A DNA stretch of 64,000 nucleotides from Oscillospiraceae bacterium (GCA_017482385.1 JAFUNI010000001.1:2788-66787); one strand, 5' to 3'. Positions 1 to 9,405 are shown, counted from the stretch's first letter. The notes: generated by a model not told the origin, from the letters alone. Made by a program: numbers and translations.

Positions 1-59
1 ATTGCCGTGATAATACATAAAAAACATAAGAGTTTTTGCAATAAAACGTCAAAAGGTAC

Positions 60-88
60 TTGCAAACTGCGCAAAAGCTGTGTATAAT
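60..88 (+). promoter_or_regulatory. sigma70/sigmaA promoter of the PucR/CdaR regulator
   Basis: TTGCAA (60-65), 17 bp spacer, TATAAT (83-88). Confidence 0.75.
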
Positions 89-144
89 AACCGTGTTATT
101 TTGTGAATTGCGCATTTATGCAAATTACTAAGGAGGTCTGGAAA

Positions 145-1233
145 ATGTCCAACAGTGTTTTTCAGAGTGTAATTGTTCAGTTAAAAGACGTGACCGACCG
201 TGTGTTTGGCGTGATCGATACCGAGGGCTGCGTGGTTTCCTGCACCGATATATCCTTGTTGGGGGAGCGGTGGAGCGACGCGGCGCTGAAGGTTGGCGGC
301 TCTTCCGAGAATGTGGTCACCTTTGGCCAGAAGAGCTTCAAGGCCATCATCGGCAATTCCAATTACTTCGAGTACGCGGTTTTCTGCGGCGGTGATGACG
401 AGATCGCCCGCAGCTTCTGCCATTTGGCCTATGTTGCGCTGAATGACGCCAAGACATTCTATGAGGAAAAGCATGACCGGGGCACCTTCGTCAAGAACAT
501 CATCATGGACAATATTCTGCCCGGTGATATCTACATCCGCGCCAAGGAGCTGCACTTCGCCACCGATACGTCCCGGGCCGTGTTCCTGATCCGTCAGGTG
601 GGCCACAGTGATGTGGCGGCTGTGGACGTGCTGTCCGGCATGTTCCCCGACAAGCTGCAGGACTTCGTCCTGAGCATCAACGAGACCGATATCGCCGTAG
701 TCAAGCAGATCAGCGGCTCCGCAACGGCGGAGGATCTGGAAAAGATGGCCGCCTCCATGGAGGAGAGCCTGCGCAGCGAGCTGAGCATCAAGACCGTCAT
801 CGGCATCGGCACCGTCGCGGAGCACCTGCGGGAGCTGGCCGATTCCTTCAAGGACGCCCAGACCGCCATCGAGGTGGGCAAGGTGTTCGACACCGAGAAG
901 AGCATCAGCAACTATGAGAAGCTGGGCATCGGCCGTCTGATCTATCAGCTGCCCACTACCCTGTGCGAGATCTTCCTGAGCGAGGTCTTCAAGAAGAATT
1001 CCATCGACTCCCTGGATCAGGAGACCCTGTTCACCATCAATAAGTTCTTTGAGAACAATCTGAACGTTTCCGAAACTTCCCGGAAGCTGTTCGTCCACCG
1101 CAATACCCTGGTTTACCGCCTGGAGAAGATCAAGAAGCTCACCGGCCTGGACCTGCGCCAGTTCGACCATGCCATCGTTTTCAAGGTGGCACTGATGGTC
1201 CGCAAGTACCTGTCCTCCCGGGAAGCCCGCTAA
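145..1233 (+). CDS. PucR/CdaR-family transcriptional regulator
   Basis: AGGAGG at 131-136 before ATG 145; C-terminal HTH LNVSETSRKLFVHRNTLVYRLEKI; this family commonly precedes ftsEX in Clostridia. Confidence 0.85.
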   Translation: MSNSVFQSVIVQLKDVTDRVFGVIDTEGCVVSCTDISLLGERWSDAALKVGGSSENVVTFGQKSFKAIIGNSNYFEYAVFCGGDDEIARSFCHLAYVALNDAKTFYEEKHDRGTFVKNIIMDNILPGDIYIRAKELHFATDTSRAVFLIRQVGHSDVAAVDVLSGMFPDKLQDFVLSINETDIAVVKQISGSATAEDLEKMAASMEESLRSELSIKTVIGIGTVAEHLRELADSFKDAQTAIEVGKVFDTEKSISNYEKLGIGRLIYQLPTTLCEIFLSEVFKKNSIDSLDQETLFTINKFFENNLNVSETSRKLFVHRNTLVYRLEKIKKLTGLDLRQFDHAIVFKVALMVRKYLSSREAR

Positions 1234-1242
1234 GACGAACCG

Positions 1243-1273
1243 AGGGGCCGCACTGCGTGCGGCCCCTTATTTT
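1243..1273 (+). terminator. intrinsic terminator
   Basis: AGGGGCCGCAC-tgc-GTGCGGCCCCT followed by TATTTT. Confidence 0.85.
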
Positions 1274-1358
1274 GCGGAAAAAGTTGAAAAGAAGCTGAAG
1301 AATTTTATTAAGATAGTGTAAAAAAGCACTGTATTTCCGGCGGATTTCACAGATTGGA

Positions 1359-1387
1359 TTGACTTTCTTCTTACAATGTGTTACAAT
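1359..1387 (+). promoter_or_regulatory. sigmaA promoter of the ftsEX operon
   Basis: TTGACT (1359-1364), 17 bp, TGn-TACAAT (1382-1387). Confidence 0.7.
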
Positions 1388-1412
1388 TCGGTTACACTAT
1401 GACTGGAGATAG

Positions 1413-2108
1413 ATGTTTATGATAGAATTTACCGATGTCGTAAAATCCTACCCCGAAGGCAATGATGCCCTGAGAGGCGTCAGTATGCAGATCGAGGATG
1501 GAGAGTTTTGTTATCTGGTGGGCCCCTCCGGCTCCGGCAAGTCCACCATCATCAAGCTGATCACCGGCGAGATCAAGCCCACCGCCGGCGCGGTCCATGT
1601 CAACGGCTATTCGCTGGAGCGCATCCGCAAGAAGGAGATCCCCTACCTGCGCCGCACCGTCGGCGTCGTATTCCAGGATTTCCGCCTGATCACCAATATG
1701 ACGGTTTATGAGAACGTGGCCTTTGCCATGCGCGTCGTCGGCGCCCGGGAGAAGGAGATCAAGGACCGGGTCCCCTATGTGCTGGATCTGGTTGGCCTGG
1801 CGGAGAAGCACCAGCGCCATCCCGGCGAGCTGTCCGGCGGCGAGCAGCAGAGACTGGCCATCGCCCGCGCGCTGGTCAATAATCCCTCGACCATCATCGC
1901 CGACGAGCCTACCGGCAACCTGGACCCAGCCATGTCCCTGGAGATCATGAGCCTTCTGGAAGAGATCAACAATCTGGGCACCACGCTGCTGGTGGTGACC
2001 CACGCGAAGGACCTGGTGGAGCGGTTCCACAAGAGAACCATTGTAATTAACGACGGCCTGATCGTCAGTGACGGAATGGATGGGTATTACGGTTATGAGA
2101 ATCAATAA
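1413..2108 (+). CDS. ftsE: cell division ABC ATPase FtsE
   Basis: Walker A GPSGSGKST, LSGGEQQR signature, IIADEPTGNLDP; followed by ftsX. Start could be ATG 1419. Confidence 0.95.
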   Translation: MFMIEFTDVVKSYPEGNDALRGVSMQIEDGEFCYLVGPSGSGKSTIIKLITGEIKPTAGAVHVNGYSLERIRKKEIPYLRRTVGVVFQDFRLITNMTVYENVAFAMRVVGAREKEIKDRVPYVLDLVGLAEKHQRHPGELSGGEQQRLAIARALVNNPSTIIADEPTGNLDPAMSLEIMSLLEEINNLGTTLLVVTHAKDLVERFHKRTIVINDGLIVSDGMDGYYGYENQ

Positions 2109-2982
2109 TATCAATTATCTGCTGAAAGAGGGCTTCCGCGGCATTTTTCTCCACGGATTTATGTCCTTTGCTGCCGTGTGCGTCACGGTGGCCTGCCTGC
2201 TGATCGTGGGCAGCTTCTCGATCCTGATGTACAATGTGAACATCATGGTGGAGGACCTGAACCAGACCAATGAGATCCTGGCCTATGTGGACAGCGAGCT
2301 CAGCGAAGCCGAAGCCAAGAGCATCGGCACAAAGATCAATATGATCGACAATGTCCTGCAGTCGGACTTTATCTCCCGGGAAGAGGCCCTGGAGGATTTC
2401 ATCGCCGACCACCAGGAGGACGAGGCCTTCAGCGGCGTGGAAGCTTCCGACCTGCGCCACCGCTTTGTGGTGGTCCTGGAGGATAATTCCAAGATCAAGG
2501 AGACCACCGCCCAGATCGAGGATCTGCCCGGCGTGGTCAAGACCCACGCGGAGTATGAGCTGGCGGAGGGCTTCTCTACGCTGCAGCAGATCCTGCATAT
2601 GGTCTCCTATGCCATCATCGCGGTGCTGCTGGTGGTCAGTCTTCTGATCATCTCCAATACCGTCAAGCTGGCTATGTATGACCGCCGGGATGAGATCGCC
2701 ATCATGAAGATGGTGGGCGCCACCAACGGCTTTATCCGCCTGCCCTTCGTGGTGGAGGGCTTCACCCTGGGCATGATCGGCGCCGCTCTGGCCTTTGGCA
2801 TTGAGTGGATCATGTATGACGCGCTGGTCAATAAGATCGGCAGCGTCGATACGCTGCAGCTGTTTGACTTTGTTCCCTTCCAACAGCTGCTGTGGCCCAT
2901 GGTGGCTGTCTTTGTCTGCGCCGGCCTGTTCGTCGGTGTGGTGGGCAGCTGGACTTCTATTCGGAAGTTTATGGACGTCTGA
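2095..2982 (+). CDS. ftsX: cell division permease FtsX
   Basis: Four TM segments, ISNTVKLAMYDRRDEIAIMKMVGAT motif; likely start ATG 2095 overlapping the ftsE end. Confidence 0.93.
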   Translation: MRINNINYLLKEGFRGIFLHGFMSFAAVCVTVACLLIVGSFSILMYNVNIMVEDLNQTNEILAYVDSELSEAEAKSIGTKINMIDNVLQSDFISREEALEDFIADHQEDEAFSGVEASDLRHRFVVVLEDNSKIKETTAQIEDLPGVVKTHAEYELAEGFSTLQQILHMVSYAIIAVLLVVSLLIISNTVKLAMYDRRDEIAIMKMVGATNGFIRLPFVVEGFTLGMIGAALAFGIEWIMYDALVNKIGSVDTLQLFDFVPFQQLLWPMVAVFVCAGLFVGVVGSWTSIRKFMDV

Positions 2983-3018
2983 TGAAGGGACACCGCGAAA
3001 TCGATAACGGAGACCGAA

Positions 3019-4281
3019 ATGAACAGAAACAGAAAACCCTGGGTATCCATTCTGGCGGGGGTGATGGCGGTGGTAATGCTGCTGAGCCTGATCGTCAGTC
3101 TGATCCCCACCCGGGCCAATGCCGCCTCCTCCAGTGAGATCAAGAAGCAGCTGGAAGCGCTGAAGGAGGAGAAGGCGGACATTCAGGCCCAGATCGATGA
3201 AATTCAGAGCCAGTATGATGCCAATTCCGAAGAGATCACCGATCTGGTGGCTCAGAAGGACGCCATTGACCAGGAGATCGGCCTGCTGCATGAGCAGGTC
3301 ACCAACATCAATGAGCAGCTGGCGGCCTACAATCAGCTGATCGCCGACAAGCAGGACGAGCTGGACGCCGCTGAGTATCATCTGTCAGAGCTGAACGCGA
3401 AAAACAAAGAGCGCATCCGGGCCATGGAGGAGGAGGGAAAGCTCTCCTACTGGTCCATCATCTTCAAGGCCAACGACTTTTCCGACCTGATGGACCGGAT
3501 CAACATGATCCAGGAGATCAACGACGCTGACCAGAGACGCCTGGCGGAAATGAGCGTTGCCGCTGAGAATGTGGCTGCCGCCCAGGAGGAGCTGGAGACG
3601 GAGAAGGCTGACCTGGAAAGCGCCCGGGACGAGCTGGACGCCACCCAGCTGGAGCTGGACGAGAAGCGGGCCCTGGCGGACCAGCTGCTCACCGAGCTGA
3701 TCGCCAAGGGTCAGGAATTCGAAGCCATGATCGATGAATCTGAGGAGCTTCAGGATGAGCTGATGCAGGAGATCGCCCAGGCGGAGAAGGACCTGAAGGA
3801 GGCCCAGTATCAGGAGTGGCTGGCGACCTATGTGCCCCCCACCACCAAGCCCACCGGCACCGATACCACCCCCAGCAACCAGGCGCCCTCCTCTTCCGGA
3901 TGGGTCAGCCCGGTCAAGTCCTACACCCTGACCAGCCCCTTCGGTATGCGCATGCATCCCATTCAGAAGGTCTGGAAAATGCACAACGGCGTGGATATGG
4001 CCGCCCCTCAGGGCACGCCCATCTACGCGGCCAAGGCCGGTAAGGTCACCACCACCTCCTATCAGGCAGGCGGCGCGGGCTATTACGTCTCCATCAACCA
4101 TGGCGACGGCTTTTCCTCTATCTATATGCACATGACCCACTATATCGTCAGCCCCGGCCAGTATGTCTCGGCAGGCCAGGTCATCGGCTATGTGGGTTCC
4201 ACCGGCGGTTCCACCGGACCGCATCTGCACTTTGGCATTTCTTACAACGGTACATATGTCAATCCGATGAATTACGTGTGA
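3019..4281 (+). CDS. coiled-coil M23 peptidoglycan endopeptidase (EnvC/CwlO-like FtsEX partner), copy 1
   Basis: Signal peptide, long coiled coil, M23 motifs HNGVD and GPHLHF. Confidence 0.9.
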   Translation: MNRNRKPWVSILAGVMAVVMLLSLIVSLIPTRANAASSSEIKKQLEALKEEKADIQAQIDEIQSQYDANSEEITDLVAQKDAIDQEIGLLHEQVTNINEQLAAYNQLIADKQDELDAAEYHLSELNAKNKERIRAMEEEGKLSYWSIIFKANDFSDLMDRINMIQEINDADQRRLAEMSVAAENVAAAQEELETEKADLESARDELDATQLELDEKRALADQLLTELIAKGQEFEAMIDESEELQDELMQEIAQAEKDLKEAQYQEWLATYVPPTTKPTGTDTTPSNQAPSSSGWVSPVKSYTLTSPFGMRMHPIQKVWKMHNGVDMAAPQGTPIYAAKAGKVTTTSYQAGGAGYYVSINHGDGFSSIYMHMTHYIVSPGQYVSAGQVIGYVGSTGGSTGPHLHFGISYNGTYVNPMNYV

Positions 4282-4305
4282 TCCCCAATCCCAAAGGAGA
4301 AGACT

Positions 4306-5634
4306 ATGAAAAAACGCAAATTATGGATATCCATTCTGGCGGGTGTGATGGCGGCAGTGATGCTGCTGAGCCTGATCCTCAGCATGATCCCCGCCAGCGT
4401 CAGCGCCGCTTCCTCCAGCGAGATCAAGCAGCAGATCAATGAGCTGAAAACGCAGAAGGAAGACCTCCAGAGCCGGATGGAGGATATCCAGAGCCAGTAC
4501 GAGGAAAATGAAGACGAGATCGTCAATATCGTCAATGAGAAGAATAAGATCGATCAGGAGATCACTCTCCTCTACGAGCAGATCGACAATATCAACGCGC
4601 AGCTGTCGGCCTATGCCCTTCTGATCGCGGACAAGCAGGACGAGCTGGACAACGCCCAGGAGCGGATGGACGAGCTGAACGCCAAGAATAAGGAACGCAT
4701 CCGGGCCATGGAGGAGGATGGAAGCATCTCCTACTGGTCGGTGCTCTTCAAGGCCAAGAGCTTTTCCGATCTGCTGGACCGGCTGAACATGATCGAAGAG
4801 ATCGCCGCCTCTGACCAGCGCAGACTTCAGGAAATGAGCGCCGCCGCCGAAGAGGTGGCCGCAGCCCAGGAGGAGCTGGCTGCGGAGAAGGCGGAGCTGG
4901 AGCTGGCCAAGGATGAGCTGGACGCCACCCAGGAGGTCCTGGACGCCAAGCAGGCGGAGGCCCAGGAGATGCTGACGGAGCTCATCGCCCACAGCGAGGA
5001 ACTCACGGAGCTTTTCGAAGGCTTTGAGCTGGAAGAAGAAGCGCTGATGAATGAGATCGCCGCCAAGGAGAAAGAATATAACGAGGCCAAGCGGCAGGAG
5101 TGGCTGGAATACATGGCCACCTATACCACGGTTGCCCCGGCAACGACGACGCCCACCACCAGCTCCGGCGGTACCAGCAACAGCACCGGCACCACGGATG
5201 ATAACAGCGGCAGCAGCGGCGGTACATCCTCCGGAAGCTCCACCTGGCTGGTACCCTGCAGCTATACGATGCTGTCCAGCCCCTTCGGCAAGCGGGAATC
5301 CCCCACTGCCGGCGCCTCCTCCTATCATCAGGGCGTTGACCTGGCGGCTCCCGCCAATACGCCTATCTATGCTTCCCGAACCGGTGTGGTCACCGTCGCC
5401 ACCAGCAGCAAATCTGCCGGCAACTATGTGACCATCAACCACGGCGACGGCTATTCTTCCATCTACATGCATATGACCCGTTATGTGGTCTCCAAGGGCC
5501 AGGCGGTCTCCGCGGGCCAGCTGATCGGCTATGTGGGCTCCACCGGTATCTCCACCGGCAACCACCTGCATTTTGGCATCTCCTACAACGGTACATATGT
5601 GAACCCCGCGAACTATGTAAATCTGCATCCGTAA
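4306..5634 (+). CDS. coiled-coil M23 peptidoglycan endopeptidase, copy 2
   Basis: Paralog of the preceding gene; HQGVD and GNHLHF; longer Ser/Thr/Gly linker. Confidence 0.9.
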   Translation: MKKRKLWISILAGVMAAVMLLSLILSMIPASVSAASSSEIKQQINELKTQKEDLQSRMEDIQSQYEENEDEIVNIVNEKNKIDQEITLLYEQIDNINAQLSAYALLIADKQDELDNAQERMDELNAKNKERIRAMEEDGSISYWSVLFKAKSFSDLLDRLNMIEEIAASDQRRLQEMSAAAEEVAAAQEELAAEKAELELAKDELDATQEVLDAKQAEAQEMLTELIAHSEELTELFEGFELEEEALMNEIAAKEKEYNEAKRQEWLEYMATYTTVAPATTTPTTSSGGTSNSTGTTDDNSGSSGGTSSGSSTWLVPCSYTMLSSPFGKRESPTAGASSYHQGVDLAAPANTPIYASRTGVVTVATSSKSAGNYVTINHGDGYSSIYMHMTRYVVSKGQAVSAGQLIGYVGSTGISTGNHLHFGISYNGTYVNPANYVNLHP

Positions 5635-5648
5635 ATGGATATCACGCC

Positions 5649-5690
5649 CGTCCCACCGTCCCTTCTGGGGCGGTGGGACGTATTTTTTAT
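5649..5690 (+). terminator. intrinsic terminator between M23 copy 2 and the S41 protease
   Basis: CGTCCCACCGTCCC-ttct-GGGGCGGTGGGACG then TATTTTTTAT. Confidence 0.8.
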
Positions 5691-5703
5691 CGAGGTGTAT
5701 GTT

Positions 5704-6858
5704 ATGAAAAAGGTATGGAAATTCCTTTCCTATGTGCTGGTGGCGGCGCTGGCCTCCGCGGTGACGCTGGCGGTGTCCGGCGTCCGGGAGCAGGCGCCCT
5801 CCAAGCTGACGGAGCTGGCGGACCTGATCGAGGAGCGCTTTATCGGTGAAGCGGACCGGACCGCCATGGAGGACGCCGCGGCGGAAGCCATGGTGGATTC
5901 CCTTGGGGACCGGTGGAGCTATTACATCCCCGCCGATGAATACGAAGCCTACAAAGAGCAGATGAACAATGCCTATGTGGGCATCGGCATCACCATCCAG
6001 CTGCTGGAGGACGATGCCGGCATCGAGGTGGTGAAGGTCAATGAGGGCGGCCCGGCGGAAGCGGCCGGAATGCTTGCGGGCGACGTGATCATCGAGATCG
6101 CGGGGCAGGATGCCCGGGGCATGAGCACCTCCGACGCCCGGGAGCTGGTCCGGGGCGAGGAAAATACCCAGGTGGCCATCACTGTGCTGCGGGACGGAGT
6201 CGAGATCCCCCTGTCCGTCACCCGGATGCAGGTCCAGACGATCGTGGCGGAGGGACAGCTGCTGGAGGGCAATGTGGGCCTGATCACCATCACCAATTTT
6301 GATACCCGCTGCGCCGACGAGACCATCGCTGCCATTGAGACGCTGCTGGAGCAGGGGGCGGAAGCGCTGGTCTTCGACGTGCGGAACAATCCCGGCGGCT
6401 ATAAGCACGAGCTGGTGGAGGTGCAGGATCATCTGCTGCCCGAGGGACCGCTGTTCCGCAGCGAGAGCTACACCGGCCAGGTGACCGTGGATGAATCCGA
6501 TGCCGACTGCCTGGAGATCCCCATGGCGGTGCTGGTCAACGGCGACAGCTATTCCGCGGCGGAGTTCTTTGCCGCGGCCTTGCGGGAGTACGACTGGGCA
6601 ACGGTGGTGGGCACCCAGACCTGCGGCAAGGGCTATTACCAGAACACGGTCCTGCTGTCCGACGGCTCCGCGGTGGGCCTGTCCATGGGCAAGTATTCCA
6701 CGCCCAATGGCGTCTGTCTGGCAGACGTGGGCGGCTTGACCCCGGATATCATTGTCGAGGTGGACGACGACACGGCCTGGGAGATCTACACCGGGACCAT
6801 GGATCCCGCCCAGGACCCCCAGATCCAGGCAGCTGTGGAAGTACTGCTGGGAAAATAA
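5704..6858 (+). CDS. S41 family C-terminal processing protease (CtpA/Prc-like, PDZ)
   Basis: GAGGTG RBS, N-terminal TM, YVGIGI PDZ loop, DVRNNPGG, SYSAAE (catalytic Ser), TCGKG (catalytic Lys). Confidence 0.9.
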   Translation: MKKVWKFLSYVLVAALASAVTLAVSGVREQAPSKLTELADLIEERFIGEADRTAMEDAAAEAMVDSLGDRWSYYIPADEYEAYKEQMNNAYVGIGITIQLLEDDAGIEVVKVNEGGPAEAAGMLAGDVIIEIAGQDARGMSTSDARELVRGEENTQVAITVLRDGVEIPLSVTRMQVQTIVAEGQLLEGNVGLITITNFDTRCADETIAAIETLLEQGAEALVFDVRNNPGGYKHELVEVQDHLLPEGPLFRSESYTGQVTVDESDADCLEIPMAVLVNGDSYSAAEFFAAALREYDWATVVGTQTCGKGYYQNTVLLSDGSAVGLSMGKYSTPNGVCLADVGGLTPDIIVEVDDDTAWEIYTGTMDPAQDPQIQAAVEVLLGK

Positions 6859-6863
6859 ATCCA

Positions 6864-6895
6864 AGGCTCCTCCCCCCATCCGGGGAGGAGCTTTT
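6864..6895 (+). terminator. intrinsic terminator
   Basis: GCTCCTCCCC-N6-GGGGAGGAGC then TTTT. Confidence 0.8.
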
Positions 6896-6899
6896 GGAG

Positions 6900-7090
6900 T
6901 GAATTGTAGTTTATCGTTCACTTATACACCGCAGCTGTCATCCCGAGCGGAATGAAATGGAGTCGAGGGATCTACGCACTTCGTTGAGATTTGCAGTAAA
7001 ATCGGTGCCAAGATCCCTCGACTCGCTGACGCTCGCTCGGGATGACAGCGTTGTTTGTAATTTGCAGACTGTACGATAAACTACAATTTA
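6900..7090. repeat. nested inverted-repeat element (REP/REPIN or MITE-like)
   Basis: Three nested perfect inverted repeats: 6902-6917/7073-7088 (16 bp), 6934-6949/7034-7049 (16 bp), 6960-6973/7011-7024 (14 bp). Confidence 0.8.
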
Positions 7091-7131
7091 AATCTAACAA
7101 AAGCGTATCTGGAAAAACTTCCAAATACACC

Positions 7132-7160
7132 TTGACTGAAAAGAGAAAATCCCCTATAAT
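7132..7160 (+). promoter_or_regulatory. sigmaA promoter of greA-lysS
   Basis: TTGACT, 17 bp, TATAAT. Confidence 0.85.
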
Positions 7161-7205
7161 GTAGGGAGCTATGGAAATTTTGATCTTTTGAAAGGATTGT
7201 TGAAT

Positions 7206-7682
7206 ATGGCAAAGGAATTTAAGATTACAAGCCTGCGGCTGGCGGACCTCGAGAAGGAACTGAACTACCTGAAGACCACCCGGGAACGTGAGATCGCGGC
7301 TATGATCGCCGAAGCCCGCTCCTATGGTGACTTGTCCGAAAACTCCGAGTACGATGCCGCGAAGAACGAGCAGGCAAAGCTCTATGGCCGCATTGCCGAG
7401 ATCGAGGACATCCTGTCCCACGCCGTCATCATCGAGGATGAGAACGAGGCAACCGGCCGTGTGGGCCTGGGCTGCACCGTCGTGGTCGAGGATATGAACG
7501 GCAAGCAGACCAAGTACCGCATCACCGGCTCTCAGGAAGCCAACCCCATGGAGTTCAAGCTGTCCGACGACTCTCCCTTCGGCCGTGCCATCGTGGGCAA
7601 GGCTGCCGGCGACAAGTTTATGGTCAATGCTCCCGCTGGTTCCTTCGAGATGAAGGTCGTCAGCGTCTCTCGTGAGGGCTAA
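7206..7682 (+). CDS. greA: transcription elongation factor GreA
   Basis: ARSYGDLSENSEYDAAKNEQ signature; SDDSPFGRAI. Confidence 0.97.
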   Translation: MAKEFKITSLRLADLEKELNYLKTTREREIAAMIAEARSYGDLSENSEYDAAKNEQAKLYGRIAEIEDILSHAVIIEDENEATGRVGLGCTVVVEDMNGKQTKYRITGSQEANPMEFKLSDDSPFGRAIVGKAAGDKFMVNAPAGSFEMKVVSVSREG

Positions 7683-7685
7683 GCC

Positions 7686-9179
7686 ATGGCAAAGTTTGTA
7701 CCGCAGCCGGAGCTGTCTCTCAATGACCAGATGCAGATCCGCCGCGAGAAGCTGGCTGATCTGCGCGCGGAAGGCCGTGACCCCTTTATCCAGACCAAGT
7801 TCGATTTCAACGCGGATTCCGCTGCCATCAAGGCTGACTATGAAAGCTACGAGGGCAAGAGTGTCCGTGTGGCCGGCCGTTTGATGAGCAAGCGGGGCCA
7901 GGGTAAGGTCATGTTCTGCGATATGCAGGACGCTACCGGCCGCATCCAGCTTTTCGTCAAGATCGACGAGCTGGGTGAGGAGGAGTACGCGCGCTTCAAG
8001 AAGTACGATATCGGCGATATCGTTGGCGTGGAAGGCGAAGTGTTCAAGACCAAGACCGAGGAGATCTCTGTCCGGGCAAAGAATGTTACGCTGCTTTCCA
8101 AGTCCCTGCTGCCCCTGCCCAACAAGTTCCACGGTCTGACTGACAAGGAAGCCCGTTTCCGTCAGCGCTATGTGGATCTGATGGTGAATCCTGAAGTGAA
8201 GAAGAACTTTGTGATCCGCTCCAAGTTCATCAAGCACCTGCGCAACTATCTGGACAACATGGGCTATATCGAAGTGGAGACCCCCGTGCTGAACACCATC
8301 GCCGGCGGCGCCGCCGCCCGGCCCTTCATCACCCACCACAACACCCTGGACATCGACATGTACATGCGTATTGCCACGGAGCTGCCCCTGAAGCGTCTGA
8401 TTGTCGGCGGCATGGACCGGGTGTATGAGATCGGCCGCATCTTCCGCAATGAGGGCATGGACCCCAAGCATAACCCCGAGTTCACCACTGTGGAGCTGTA
8501 CCAGGCCTACGCCGATTTCCACGATATGATGGACATCGCTGAGGGCGTTTACACCACCTTTGCCAAGGAAGTCCTGGGCACCTATGAGGTGGAGTGGATG
8601 GGTGAGAAGATCGACCTGACCCCCGGCTGGCCCCGCCTGACCATGGTGGAAGCCGTTAAGAAGTATGTGGGCGTCGACTTTGATGCCATCACCGACGACG
8701 CGGAGGCTGTGGCTGCCGCCAAGGCTGTGGGCGTCGAGCTGGCTGATGCCGCTGAGAAGACCTGGGGCAATGCCCTGTATGCCTGCTTCGACCAGAAGGT
8801 CGAGGAGCACCTGGTCCAGCCCACCTTCATCACCATGTATCCCGTCGAGGTGTCTCCTCTGACCAAGAAGTCTCCCGCCGATCCCCGGCTGACAGAGCGC
8901 TTTGAGTTCTTCATCAACCGCAGCGAAATGGGCAACGCCTACTCCGAGCTGAACGATCCCATCGACCAGCGGGAGCGCTTCATGAAGCAGGTGGAGCAGC
9001 GTGAGCGCGGCGATGACGAGACCGAGATGCTGGACGAGGATTTCCTGAACGCCCTGGAATACGGCATGCCCCCCACGGGCGGCATGGGCATGGGCATCGA
9101 TCGGGCCGTGATGCTCTTCACCGGCGCTGATTCGATCAGAGAGGTTATCCTGTTCCCCACAATGAAGCCGTTGGATTGA
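7686..9179 (+). CDS. lysS: lysyl-tRNA synthetase (class II)
   Basis: OB-fold GRLMSKRGQGK, motif 2 GRIFRNEGMDPKHNPEF, motif 3 GMPPTGGMGMGIDR, C-terminal VILFPTMKP. Confidence 0.98.
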   Translation: MAKFVPQPELSLNDQMQIRREKLADLRAEGRDPFIQTKFDFNADSAAIKADYESYEGKSVRVAGRLMSKRGQGKVMFCDMQDATGRIQLFVKIDELGEEEYARFKKYDIGDIVGVEGEVFKTKTEEISVRAKNVTLLSKSLLPLPNKFHGLTDKEARFRQRYVDLMVNPEVKKNFVIRSKFIKHLRNYLDNMGYIEVETPVLNTIAGGAAARPFITHHNTLDIDMYMRIATELPLKRLIVGGMDRVYEIGRIFRNEGMDPKHNPEFTTVELYQAYADFHDMMDIAEGVYTTFAKEVLGTYEVEWMGEKIDLTPGWPRLTMVEAVKKYVGVDFDAITDDAEAVAAAKAVGVELADAAEKTWGNALYACFDQKVEEHLVQPTFITMYPVEVSPLTKKSPADPRLTERFEFFINRSEMGNAYSELNDPIDQRERFMKQVEQRERGDDETEMLDEDFLNALEYGMPPTGGMGMGIDRAVMLFTGADSIREVILFPTMKPLD

Positions 9180-9323
9180 TTTACCCACAATAAAGCTAAA
9201 TAAAGCGCTTTTTAGGGAGAAATAAAAGGAGACTCTCCAAAAGACTCTCCAATCCGCGTCATTTTCTCTCCTATTAGGGGGCTGAAAATGTACAAATCCC
9301 TATTGCGTACCATAAGTACTTTC

Positions 9324-9365
9324 AAGAGGTCTGCGACTGTATAGTCGTGGACCTCTTATTTTTTT
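9324..9365 (+). terminator. intrinsic terminator downstream of lysS
   Basis: AAGAGGTCTGCGACT-gtat-AGTCGTGGACCTCTT (2 G-U pairs) then a T run. Confidence 0.85.
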
Positions 9366-9405
9366 GCCCTTTTTAGGGCGCTGAAGTGAATACTAGAGTG
9401 TAATG

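Noticed and set aside
1210-1233. Host regulator ending in SSREAR, similar to the ICE tail motif
   Set aside because: Single host occurrence lacking the upstream [DE]-R; treated as chance but recorded as a caveat
4321-9188. Long minus-strand ORFs (4321..6921, 6972..9188, also 181..1170 and 2065..3381)
   Set aside because: Antisense shadows of well-supported high-GC plus-strand genes; no recognisable motifs
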